Notes under the pieces: model-generated
Seen by the model: the letters and a program-made list of their open reading frames with translations, nothing else
Database searches by the model: none
Told to the model about the DNA's origin: nothing
Shown here: positions 43,034-51,567 of the stretch, piece by piece
How positions within the stretch are numbered: the stretch's first letter is position 1
How the letters are laid out: each line of letters starts with the position of its first letter
Assembly (NCBI GenBank): GCA_045634545.1
Contig: JAZRAL010000023.1
Location: forward strand, 1,161 to 65,160
DNA: 64,000 nt
DNA from: Alphaproteobacteria bacterium
GTDB taxonomy: Bacteria; Pseudomonadota; Alphaproteobacteria; RF32; CAG-239
Direction: 5' to 3'
Position numbers and translations under genes: made by a program

Positions 43034-43175
43034 GAATCTTGTTTAATAAGGAGCAACTAAATAAATTGATGCTTCTATCGCCATTGAGGCTGTTTTTTCA
43101 TGTTTTAATGTATAATATATTTTTCGTTTTTATTTAAAGTCTAAAAACCTTATACTCAAATAAAAAAATAATACT

Positions 43176-43214
43176 AGATTATCTTATTGACCTAAGATAA
43201 TCTTATAATATAAT
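43176..43214 (+). promoter_or_regulatory. promoter with perfect 11-6-11 palindrome centred on the -35 box
   Basis: AGATTATCTTA-TTGACC-TAAGATAATCT (43176-43203). TTGACC, 16-nt spacer, TATAAT (43209-43214). AGGAG at 43229, ATG at 43240. Confidence 0.55.
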
Positions 43215-43239
43215 AGTTATGTAATTTTAGGAGTAACAA

Positions 43240-43641
43240 ATGCTATTTAGATTAATTTTGTTTTTTAGTTTATATTCTTTTAATGCGTTTTCACAAACTA
43301 GTTGTTATACAAATAGCTTAGGTGTTTTGCATTGTAATACCTCAGATAATAGGCATATTATAGGAAGAACAACTGCTACTGGAGCAACTATTTTTAGTGA
43401 CAATCAAGGAAGAACTGTTACTAAAAGAACAAACTCTCTTGGAGTTACAACATATACAGATAATCAAGGAAATCAAACAAGAGCTAGAACAAATAGCTTG
43501 GGTGTCACAACTTATACTGATAACAATGGCAATAAAGTGCACTCTAAAACAAATAATTTAGGTGTTACAACATATACTGATAGCAATGGAAAAACCACGA
43601 GATGTAGAACAAATTCTTTAGGTAGAACTTATTGTCATTAA
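43240..43641 (+). CDS. small secreted protein made of six 20-aa tandem repeats with Cys-x9-Cys caps
   Basis: Signal peptide MLFRLILFFSLYSFNAFS. 'RTNSLGVTTYTDNQGNxxxx' recurs with an exact 20-residue period (T24, T44, T64, T84, T104, T124). C22/C32 and C122/C132. Confidence 0.7.
   Translation: MLFRLILFFSLYSFNAFSQTSCYTNSLGVLHCNTSDNRHIIGRTTATGATIFSDNQGRTVTKRTNSLGVTTYTDNQGNQTRARTNSLGVTTYTDNNGNKVHSKTNNLGVTTYTDSNGKTTRCRTNSLGRTYCH
43303..43638 (+). repeat. in-frame 60-nt tandem repeat array (about 5.5 units)
   Basis: See the CDS entry. Units diverge at the DNA level but keep the period. Confidence 0.8.
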
Positions 43642-43675
43642 AAAAACGGTCCCTACAAATAGAGACCGTTTTTTC
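43641..43675. terminator. bidirectional terminator
   Basis: ACGGTC ... GACCGT with A6 and T6 flanks. Confidence 0.65.
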
Positions 43676-43686
43676 TTTAGGTGTAT

Positions 43687-44745
43687 TTATACGATATTAA
43701 ATTCAAATACCTTTCCAAACTGATTGTATAGGTGATACTTTGATTCTTTTTGGAAAATGACAAAGTTTTCCTTTTTATCAGCAATGAAGACATTCTCTTC
43801 TACTTTTTCGCCTTTAGAGTTAAATAACTCAGTTAGCATACTTTTTATAAGTAAGTAATAGCTTGAGACATCTTCATAGCGATAAAGCTCTTCTTTAATC
43901 ATTATACCTGATGAGTTGTATCTTATTGCCGGATGCAGCAAATCATCATGCACGAAAGTGCCATCAGGTAAAAAATCTACATTTTCGCCAACTACAGCAC
44001 TTATTCTTAATCCTTCAGATGAATAGAATGCAGAGCTTCCATTGTTGAATGTTAATGCAAAACAGTTGTTTGTGAACTTTTTGCACTTTACAATTCTTGA
44101 AATCAACTCCTTTTGATTTTCATCAATAAGAGTGTATTCTTTAGGTTCGTCTTTTGAAGCAACCAAAAAAAGATGATCGCCCAAAAAATCTTGAACATTT
44201 TGAACTGTTGACAGGAAGTTACCTTCTTTGTCGTAAATGTCCCAGTTAGACACCTTGTATAAAATGCTGTTTTTACGGATTGCAATTCTTGAACCATTGC
44301 CCAGCACATTACAATCTATAAAATTCTCAAATACTGGAACTTTATTTTTTAGATTGAATAGCTGTTTATTTTCCTTATAAACAAGCATAATCCATCCATC
44401 CTGAAAGACTTTGAATTCATCAAAACCTTGGGCTAGGATTTCGTTGTTTTTACCATAGAAAGTACCGGTTGGGATTGTTCCTTGATAAAACAAAGCATTG
44501 TCAGCAAATTTATTTTTTGCTGGTTCTTCTTGAAGGATGTAGCTTCCATCAAAAAACATAACGCCTTTTTTTGCGTTAAACAGCCCTTGGGGACAGGTTA
44601 TACCGCAGCAATCATAAAGCTGTAGTTTAGGTTTACCACTCTTATTTCTTAACTCGAGACTAAATGCTCCGTTTGGATAGCATTGAATTTTTTCTAGTCT
44701 GTAGCCATTGTTTAAGCTAACAGACGGCATGACATCTAAATTCAT
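43687..44745 (-). CDS. hypothetical protein (orphan; WG-repeat-like beta motifs)
   Basis: 352-aa ORF with recurrent 'hY(D/N).. G..h' strands (IYDKEGNFL, LFNSKGEKV, LYNQFGKV). GC-richer than its neighbours. Confidence 0.55.
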   Translation of the reverse strand: MNLDVMPSVSLNNGYRLEKIQCYPNGAFSLELRNKSGKPKLQLYDCCGITCPQGLFNAKKGVMFFDGSYILQEEPAKNKFADNALFYQGTIPTGTFYGKNNEILAQGFDEFKVFQDGWIMLVYKENKQLFNLKNKVPVFENFIDCNVLGNGSRIAIRKNSILYKVSNWDIYDKEGNFLSTVQNVQDFLGDHLFLVASKDEPKEYTLIDENQKELISRIVKCKKFTNNCFALTFNNGSSAFYSSEGLRISAVVGENVDFLPDGTFVHDDLLHPAIRYNSSGIMIKEELYRYEDVSSYYLLIKSMLTELFNSKGEKVEENVFIADKKENFVIFQKESKYHLYNQFGKVFEFNIV

Positions 44746-44835
44746 AAAACAAAAAAATTAGTATGTTATAAAAATATTTTTTAGACTGCTAATATTTATA
44801 AAAATTATTGAAAAGTCAATATATTTATTAAAAAA

Positions 44836-45300
44836 TTATTTTGATTTTCTTTTATTTTCAAAAAAAGAAGTTAATAATGATGATGTTTCTTCTTCTAAAA
44901 CTTTATTTACTACCTTGGGAGCGTGAAAACAGGTCTTTTGACTAAAAAACTTAACTCCGTTTAGAACAGCACCACCTTTTTTATTTTCTGCACCGAAAAC
45001 TAAACGTTTTATTCTCATCATTGATATGGCTGTTGCACACATTGTGCATGGCTCTATGGTTACATATAATGTTGTATCCCATAAGCGAGATTGTTTTAGT
45101 TTTTGAGCTGCTTTAGTCATAACTTTTATTTCTGCATGCTCGAGAGCGCTTTTTCCATATTCTGAAGTATTATGAGCTTTAGCTATAATTTCGCCACTAC
45201 TAGATACAAGAACTGCCCCTATTGGAACTTCATCTTTCTTATATGCTTTTCTTGCCTCTTTTAAGGCTAGCTCCATATAGTATGTATCTGTTTTATCCAT
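44836..45300 (-). CDS. tadA: tRNA adenosine(34) deaminase
   Basis: 'HAEIKVM' and 'PCTMCATAI' zinc-binding CDA motifs. Confidence 0.9.
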   Translation of the reverse strand: MDKTDTYYMELALKEARKAYKKDEVPIGAVLVSSSGEIIAKAHNTSEYGKSALEHAEIKVMTKAAQKLKQSRLWDTTLYVTIEPCTMCATAISMMRIKRLVFGAENKKGGAVLNGVKFFSQKTCFHAPKVVNKVLEEETSSLLTSFFENKRKSK

Positions 45301-46144
45301 GAAGTTTTTTCTTTTCTTCGTTTTTCTTTAATATTTCTAGATTTCGTTCTTTTGAAATCTTATCTAATATAGTTTTTACTACTGTATCAATAGCTGTTCC
45401 TTCTGAATAATCTGCAGGAAGTGCAAAATTTACACGTTTATCTTTTAATAGTTTTATAGCTTTTTCTTTTTGTGTACTTTTAGGTTTGTAGACAGCAATA
45501 GCATTACCACCTCTTGTTTTTACTAATTTCATTGATGGAATATCTGTCATTCCATCTCCAAAGTAAATAATTCGTGGAAATGGAACTCTTCTTTTTTCAT
45601 CTTCCATATATTCATTTACTAGCTTGTCATCTAATTTGCCTAAGCCCTTATTTATTTTTGATAAATATTGAACTTTAGTTGAATAGTTAACAACCCTTGC
45701 TGGCCAAACTGGAGTTCCATCTTCTCCAAAGGCATAACTACAACCATACACATCTTTGCAGTATTTACAAATAGATGCTCCTTTTAAGATTTCTTCATAA
45801 CCTGATGATATAATGTAGTGCTCTATTTGGAGACCTAGTTTTTTACCATATTCATTAATACGTTCAAACCAAGATTCTACACCTTTGTAGTATTTAACCA
45901 AAGTTCCACAATATCTAAAGTTTTCTCTAGTTAATTTTATGCCTTTTTCTTTAGCTGTTTTCATAAAGTAGTACATACTGCCTGTGATTTGGTCTGCGCA
46001 ATTATCAATTGACCATTGGTTAGCTTTTTTCCAAAAGTTTTTAGGGGTCATGCCTAATTCTGGAATTAAGACATAATCTTGCATATAGGTTGTTGATAAT
46101 GTTTCGTCAAAGTCATAAACAAGAGCTACTACAGTATTTTTCAT
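45293..46144 (-). CDS. HAD-superfamily hydrolase
   Basis: Motif I 'LVYDFDETLS' and motif IV 'YFGDGMTDIP'. Confidence 0.7.
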   Translation of the reverse strand: MKNTVVALVYDFDETLSTTYMQDYVLIPELGMTPKNFWKKANQWSIDNCADQITGSMYYFMKTAKEKGIKLTRENFRYCGTLVKYYKGVESWFERINEYGKKLGLQIEHYIISSGYEEILKGASICKYCKDVYGCSYAFGEDGTPVWPARVVNYSTKVQYLSKINKGLGKLDDKLVNEYMEDEKRRVPFPRIIYFGDGMTDIPSMKLVKTRGGNAIAVYKPKSTQKEKAIKLLKDKRVNFALPADYSEGTAIDTVVKTILDKISKERNLEILKKNEEKKKLHG

Positions 46145-46165
46145 TTTTCATCCATTAAAAATATG

Positions 46166-46558
46166 TTATGCTAAAGGTTGTTCATTGTTTTCTTTTTTGT
46201 TGCAACTACCAATTAAAATTGCTCCTGGCTCGATGGCAATTGTTTTATATACAGAATCGCCAATGAATTTTGCGCTTGATGCAATTGATAAGTTTTCAAC
46301 AACAAGAGAGCCATTTAATTCTCCATAAAGTTCCAAGCTTTTGGCAGAAATTTTACCATTTACAGAACCTGTTGGACCAATTATCAATTCTTTACAGCAA
46401 ACATCACCTTCTAATTTACCGTCAACATGAACGATATCACCATCTATGATGTTTCCGATGATTTTTGTACCTGCGCTTATTATGCATGGTACTATGTTTT
46501 TTTCGCCTCGCATCAATCTTGCTAGCTTTAGGAATAATATTCTTCTAAACTTTCTCAT
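46166..46558 (-). CDS. bactofilin family cytoskeletal protein
   Basis: Beta-helical repeat 'GTKIIGNIIDGDIVHVDGKLEGDVCCKELIIGPTGSVNGKISAKSLELYGELNGSL'. Confidence 0.8.
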   Translation of the reverse strand: MRKFRRILFLKLARLMRGEKNIVPCIISAGTKIIGNIIDGDIVHVDGKLEGDVCCKELIIGPTGSVNGKISAKSLELYGELNGSLVVENLSIASSAKFIGDSVYKTIAIEPGAILIGSCNKKENNEQPLA

Positions 46559-46570
46559 TTTTATCTCCTT

Positions 46571-47809
46571 TTATTTTGCTTTTATAAATACCATTGGATC
46601 CATTGGGATTCCATCATATAATATTTCGTAGTGCAAATGAGGTCCTGTAGAGCGCCCTGTTGAGCCTACTTCACCGATAGCTTGCCCTTGAGATACTGTA
46701 TCTCCTTTTTTTACATAGTTTGCATTCATGTGAGCATATTTTGTTTTGAAACCATTTCCATGGTCTATTTCTATTACTTTTCCATATCCTGTTGCCCAAC
46801 CTGATTTGGTAACTACGCCATCTGCCATTGTTTTTACTTTGTTTCCTTTATTAGATGCTAAATCAACACCTTTATGTGTTGCGCTTTTAGAATTGAATGG
46901 ATCTTTTCTTTTACCAAATGGTGATGATAGCCAATATGACCAAACGGGCTTTCCTAGTGGAACTTTTTTCATAGCTTCATTATAATAAACATTATTATCA
47001 ATACTCTCGAAAGTTTTTGATACTTGATTTGATAATATTAGGTTATTGTTTATAGCTAAGCTATCTGGAACATATACTCCACCTCTGTTGTCTTTTTTTG
47101 AATTGGCTAATGGATTGAAATATTTACCTCTTTTTTTTAGTTCTTTGTTTACAGATGTAATTGATGTTTTTATTTTATCAATTTCCTTTCCAGATATTTC
47201 TTCTACTTTTTTTAATATGTCTAACTCAAAGGCTTGCAAAGAAACGATAACATCTTCTAGATATTTTACTTTTTCTTCAAGTAATTTCTTTTCTTCTACG
47301 GCGACATCTCTATGAAGTAGAGCGTCACGAAGAGCACTTTTTTCTCCAACTTCATTTTCATCTATCCATTCTTCTTGGGCAGATATTTTTTTGATTTTTT
47401 CTTCAATTACTTGAGCCTTTTTTAGATATTCCTCAATATTTGAGCTTGTTTTATCTTCTTTGTTTCCTATATTTTCAACAAGTCCTGAGATGTTATTATG
47501 AACTGTAACAAAGTCGCTCATCAAATCTACATAAGCATCTCTTGTTTCGTCTAATTTTTTTTCTTGATATGAGATTATTTTACCTGAAACACTATACATT
47601 TGATAAGAATATGCGCTCCATAAACCAGCTATAACCATACCAATAAAAACAAGCCATTGAATTTTTGATGAGATTTTAAAAACCTTCATCCGTCCATTTG
47701 AACGGATAATAAACTCTTTTTCGGAAAATAGCTTGTTACTACTTTCCGTTGGCTGGTAATAGTTAGTTATAGGACGCCTTTTAGGGCGTTTTTTATATCT
47801 TTTTATCAA
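46571..47809 (-). CDS. M23 family metallopeptidase (murein endopeptidase) with N-terminal TM and coiled coil
   Basis: 'HKGVDLASNKGNKVKTMADGVV...IEIDHGNGFKTKYAHMN...GSTGRSTGPHLHYEI'. Confidence 0.9.
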   Translation of the reverse strand: MIKRYKKRPKRRPITNYYQPTESSNKLFSEKEFIIRSNGRMKVFKISSKIQWLVFIGMVIAGLWSAYSYQMYSVSGKIISYQEKKLDETRDAYVDLMSDFVTVHNNISGLVENIGNKEDKTSSNIEEYLKKAQVIEEKIKKISAQEEWIDENEVGEKSALRDALLHRDVAVEEKKLLEEKVKYLEDVIVSLQAFELDILKKVEEISGKEIDKIKTSITSVNKELKKRGKYFNPLANSKKDNRGGVYVPDSLAINNNLILSNQVSKTFESIDNNVYYNEAMKKVPLGKPVWSYWLSSPFGKRKDPFNSKSATHKGVDLASNKGNKVKTMADGVVTKSGWATGYGKVIEIDHGNGFKTKYAHMNANYVKKGDTVSQGQAIGEVGSTGRSTGPHLHYEILYDGIPMDPMVFIKAK

Positions 47810-47901
47810 TTATAGTTTCCATACATTAATTAAATAAACGTTTTATTTTCATAAAACGCTTACTCTGTTTAGCAGATAAATTCTAAAAAAACAATTAAAA
47901 T

Positions 47902-48228
47902 TTAGTTATTATCAATATCTTTATCTAAAATGATATACTCGTTTGACCCAACCATATTAAGAACAATGCGTGCTCTTTCTTCTAAATAATCCAAATCAAG
48001 AGAACTTTCAGATAGCATTGAAACTTTGTATTCTAAATCTTTTTTTATAGCTTGATATTTAGCCTTCTCAAGCTCTGCAAGTTCTACTTTATTTTTCAAA
48101 TACATATATTTAAATATGCCTCTATCGCCCTTTATTGCATTTATTGTAAAATAAAAAGAAAATACACCTAAAACAATAAATAAACCAGATTTTTTAAATT
48201 TATCAAAAATATTGTTTAGTGTATTCAT
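47902..48228 (-). CDS. ftsB: septum formation initiator (FtsB/DivIC family)
   Basis: TM plus coiled coil, and 'LDLDYLEERARIVLNMVGSNEYII'. Confidence 0.75.
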   Translation of the reverse strand: MNTLNNIFDKFKKSGLFIVLGVFSFYFTINAIKGDRGIFKYMYLKNKVELAELEKAKYQAIKKDLEYKVSMLSESSLDLDYLEERARIVLNMVGSNEYIILDKDIDNN

Positions 48229-48382
48229 TTATTTTTCCATAATTAGAGGTTGCTTATCTTAATATCGATATTAAATACATACTAAGGTTAATATTTAGTA
48301 TAAGAGTTATTTATTTTGAATATTTTTTTTATTTTTTTAGGAAGTAGTTGAAAATATTACATATTTATTTTGGAGAATTATA

Positions 48383-49249
48383 TTGGGGTGGATTTTTTAT
48401 AGTTTTATTTATGCAATATTTAATGCCATTTACATGCAATACAACGAAAAACACCATTATAATGGTTATTTACTTGGGATTATTAGAGGTTTTGGTATTA
48501 GCTTTATTGTTTTTCCATTATATTTTTCTTTGAATATCAAACTTTCTTTTCCATATCTTATTATTTTGATATTACAGGGGATTATGATTGGTATTTATGA
48601 TAGTCATATATTTTTTTCTTCTTCAAAATTTGGTAGTAATTCCACTTTTGGCTTTATGGCAACATCTGTTTTTATTACTCTTATTTTGTGGTGGGGGATA
48701 GAATTTAGTGATTTAGAAAATTTATTACAAAAAAAATCAACTCTTCTTTCTCTTGTTTTTATTTTAATGGGGATTTCTGTTTCTTATTGGGAAATGATGC
48801 GTGTTCATATAAATAGTGAGGCTGAAAGATATTTATATCCTGCGACTTTTTCTCTTGCGCTTATGAGTATTGCAACAAGATATATTGCGATAAATAGTCC
48901 TAATATGTATATTGGAATTGTTAACTACCTTAGTGTGTCTTGTTTTGTTAGCGGAATATATAATTTAATTATGTATATTTTCACATCAAACAAAAACAAA
49001 AAACTTTATACAGAAAGACCTTCTTTTTATTCTATGTGTTGGCTTATTTTATTTAGCTTTATATTAATTTCTGCCAAAACTATTGCTTTAAGAATTGCCA
49101 TAAACCCATCTTATGTAGTATCAATGCTATTACTGTCCCCGTTAATTTCTGAAATATTAAAAAAAGGAAAGCCAAATACCTCAATAGAGATGTTTAGCTT
49201 TTTGTTTTTTATTATATTATTGATTATATTTAGTTTTAATTCTCAATAA
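48383..49249 (+). CDS. polytopic membrane protein (possibly DMT/EamA-like); start uncertain
   Basis: About 8-10 hydrophobic segments. TTG at 48383; the first in-frame ATG is at 48434. Confidence 0.45.
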   Translation: MGWIFYSFIYAIFNAIYMQYNEKHHYNGYLLGIIRGFGISFIVFPLYFSLNIKLSFPYLIILILQGIMIGIYDSHIFFSSSKFGSNSTFGFMATSVFITLILWWGIEFSDLENLLQKKSTLLSLVFILMGISVSYWEMMRVHINSEAERYLYPATFSLALMSIATRYIAINSPNMYIGIVNYLSVSCFVSGIYNLIMYIFTSNKNKKLYTERPSFYSMCWLILFSFILISAKTIALRIAINPSYVVSMLLLSPLISEILKKGKPNTSIEMFSFLFFIILLIIFSFNSQ

Positions 49250-49949
49250 GATTAGAAATTGCACCAAGCAAAGATGCTATATATTTTTTCTCAATATCTT
49301 TTTTAGATTTTGGCTCTATTTTAGGTGTTTTAACTGTTTTTAGAGGTGATATAAAACGATATAAACGAGAAAGCGAGGTTTGACCTGTGTAATTTTCACC
49401 AATTGCAGAGCTTTCTGGCTTGTAAATTTCTATAGGAAACTCGTTTTTATCTGCTATTTTTTGAAGCATTTGAACTATTTTATTATCACCTTTGCTAGAT
49501 GAATCAGAGGCAAAGAAAAATCCTTTAAATGCAGATTTATTTGCTTGCCAATAAGCCCTTGCAACCTCTAAAAGATTTACTGTATCTCCAAAATCTGGGT
49601 GATATGCATGAGGTGATGTTTTTTGAATTTCTTTATTTGCAGATAAATGAATAACATATTCGATTTCTATATCATTAGAATCGGCTGATGAAAATATTGA
49701 TGCAAGATAAGAAATATCGCTTAAATCACCAAAACAGAATTGTACATCATGTTTGGCAAATGATTTATTTGTTACAGGAAGAGCTGTATTTATGCGTATA
49801 TTATGAGTTTTTAAAACACTTGGAGAAAAAACATCATCTGGTTCAGCTAACGCTAAAACTTTTTTTCCTTTTGATACAAGATTAGCTAAAACCTTTTGCC
49901 CAATCTTACCACCTGCTCCGGTTACTAAACACACTTTTTGTTTTTTCAT
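49236..49949 (-). CDS. NAD(P)-binding Rossmann-fold protein (SDR/NmrA-like)
   Basis: 'KVCLVTGAGGKIGQKV' glycine-rich dinucleotide-binding motif. Confidence 0.6.
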   Translation of the reverse strand: MKKQKVCLVTGAGGKIGQKVLANLVSKGKKVLALAEPDDVFSPSVLKTHNIRINTALPVTNKSFAKHDVQFCFGDLSDISYLASIFSSADSNDIEIEYVIHLSANKEIQKTSPHAYHPDFGDTVNLLEVARAYWQANKSAFKGFFFASDSSSKGDNKIVQMLQKIADKNEFPIEIYKPESSAIGENYTGQTSLSRLYRFISPLKTVKTPKIEPKSKKDIEKKYIASLLGAISNLIEN

Positions 49950-50033
49950 GTTTCACCTCTTTTGTTTATACCTTTATATGGTGAAACTAATTTTGTTTAT
50001 TGTCAATTGGTTTTTGATGTTTCAAAGTATAAA

Positions 50034-50702
50034 TTAACGTAATTCAAACATATCTTTTCCTACCCCACAAAGTGGACAGCGCCAATCGTCATTAAGCTTC
50101 TCAAAAGGAATATCTTCTTCATATTCATAATAGCACAAAGAACAAGTCCAGGTTCTATGGATATCTAGAATTTTTACACCTTTTTCATGTGGGGCTGTTT
50201 TTAGTTCACAAGATGCTTTAGACTTTGAGGACATGTGACAAATTGGCTTTAGGTGTTCTCTATAATGTTTATAAGTTAGAGGCGCGCCCTCTTTTATATC
50301 GTATGTGTTTTTGATTTCAGCAATATATATTGTATTGTGGTGATATTTTAAGGTATCGATTACTTTTGCTTTTAATTTTGCTAAAGCATTTGGTATGTAA
50401 GGCAAACCATTTATTGTAACATAATCAACTTGTTCCCATTTTTTGATATTATGGCCAGACTGGAAGCCAAAATTTGCCACAATAAATGGATCAATATCTT
50501 GAGGCAATACACTTAATGAAAATTCTAAATTTTTATCTATGCACGATTTAGTATATGAATGATTCATCATTGAGAGCATAATTAACGGCGGATTTGCCGA
50601 AACTTGCGCCACAGAATCTACAATTGCACCTGAAAAATGTGGTTTATTACATGAACCAACAACATATAGTCCATGCGTTAGTGTAAAAAGAGCTTCTTGC
50701 AT
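50034..50702 (-). CDS. flavin reductase domain fused to C-terminal rubredoxin (high-molecular-weight rubredoxin type)
   Basis: '[10 protein letters not shown]...[20 protein letters not shown]' is flavin-reductase-like. '[12 protein letters not shown]...[16 protein letters not shown]' has two CxxC rubredoxin knuckles. Confidence 0.7.
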   Translation of the reverse strand: MQEALFTLTHGLYVVGSCNKPHFSGAIVDSVAQVSANPPLIMLSMMNHSYTKSCIDKNLEFSLSVLPQDIDPFIVANFGFQSGHNIKKWEQVDYVTINGLPYIPNALAKLKAKVIDTLKYHHNTIYIAEIKNTYDIKEGAPLTYKHYREHLKPICHMSSKSKASCELKTAPHEKGVKILDIHRTWTCSLCYYEYEEDIPFEKLNDDWRCPLCGVGKDMFELR

Positions 50703-50838
50703 ATTAAAAATCCCCCTATACTTGTTGTTTAGATATAGCGGGGATTTGATGAGTTTCAAGTAGTTAAATATTACAAATTTTCTCTATTTCTTGAGTTAAT
50801 TTCTCTCTTATGTTTTCTTTTGTATAGATGACACATTT

Positions 50839-50886
50839 CATATCCTTGTTTAACTATTTACAAAAAAAACATTTTGAAAGGATATG
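50839..50886 (+). repeat. 9-bp inverted repeat bracketing the recombinase SD and first ATG
   Basis: CATATCCTT (50839-50847) and AAGGATATG (50878-50886), with a 30-nt spacer. Confidence 0.6.
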
Positions 50887-50889
50887 GTT

Positions 50890-51480
50890 ATGATTTACGG
50901 ATATATTCGTATTAGTACAGGTATGCAGACTTTAGAAAATCAACGATTTGAAATAAATCAATTTGCAGCAAAAAACAATCTTAAAATTGATGTTTGGATA
51001 GAAGAAAAAGTTTCTGGAACTATAAATGTCAATAAAAGAAAACTTGGAATTTTATTAAAAAGGCTCAAAAAAGGTGATATTTTAATTACGACTGAACTAT
51101 CAAGATTGGGAAGAAATCTTATGCAAGTTATGTCTATTTTACAGCATTGTCTTGATATTGATTGTCAAGTTTGGACACTAAAAGAAAAATATAAATTAGG
51201 AGCCGACTTACAAAGTAAAGTTTTAGCTTTTGCTTTTGGATTATCAGCAGAAATAGAAAGACAACTTATTTCTCAGCGAACTAAAGAAACTTTTGCTCGT
51301 CTTAAGGCTGAAGGAAGACACCTTGGGCGTCCTTTTGGTTTTTCTTACTCTCGTTTAAGGGGAAAAGAATTTGAAATAAAAAAATTGCTAAATAAAAATA
51401 TACCAAAATCTCAAATTGCTAAAATGCTTGGGGTTGGAAGAACAACTCTTTATCGCTTTATTAAGCAAAATATTACCTAG
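50890..51480 (+). CDS. serine recombinase (resolvase/invertase family, Mpi-like DNA invertase)
   Basis: 'MIYGYIRISTGMQTLENQ' (catalytic Ser), 'ELSRLGRN', 'SAEIERQLISQRTKE', C-terminal HTH 'IAKMLGVGRTTLYRFI'. Confidence 0.88.
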   Translation: MIYGYIRISTGMQTLENQRFEINQFAAKNNLKIDVWIEEKVSGTINVNKRKLGILLKRLKKGDILITTELSRLGRNLMQVMSILQHCLDIDCQVWTLKEKYKLGADLQSKVLAFAFGLSAEIERQLISQRTKETFARLKAEGRHLGRPFGFSYSRLRGKEFEIKKLLNKNIPKSQIAKMLGVGRTTLYRFIKQNIT

Positions 51481-51567
51481 TTACTTTTATGCTAACAGAT
51501 TATATTTTTTTACCTCTTGTTAATATTTGTTTTATAAAAAGTGTATAAGTGAAAGGATTAAATAATT

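Noticed and set aside
48348-48533. 61-aa hydrophobic ORF overlapping the 5' end of the 48383..49249 membrane-protein gene in another frame. Considered as evidence of a frameshifted pseudogene.
   Set aside because: The long frame is continuous for 288 codons with consistent TM periodicity. The short ORF is most simply a hydrophobic alternative-frame artefact. The start of the long gene remains uncertain.
50890-51480. Serine recombinase considered as part of an IS element or Tn3-type transposon.
   Set aside because: There is no transposase ORF and no terminal inverted repeats or res-like triple sites that I could see. It is treated as a stand-alone invertase/resolvase-type gene.
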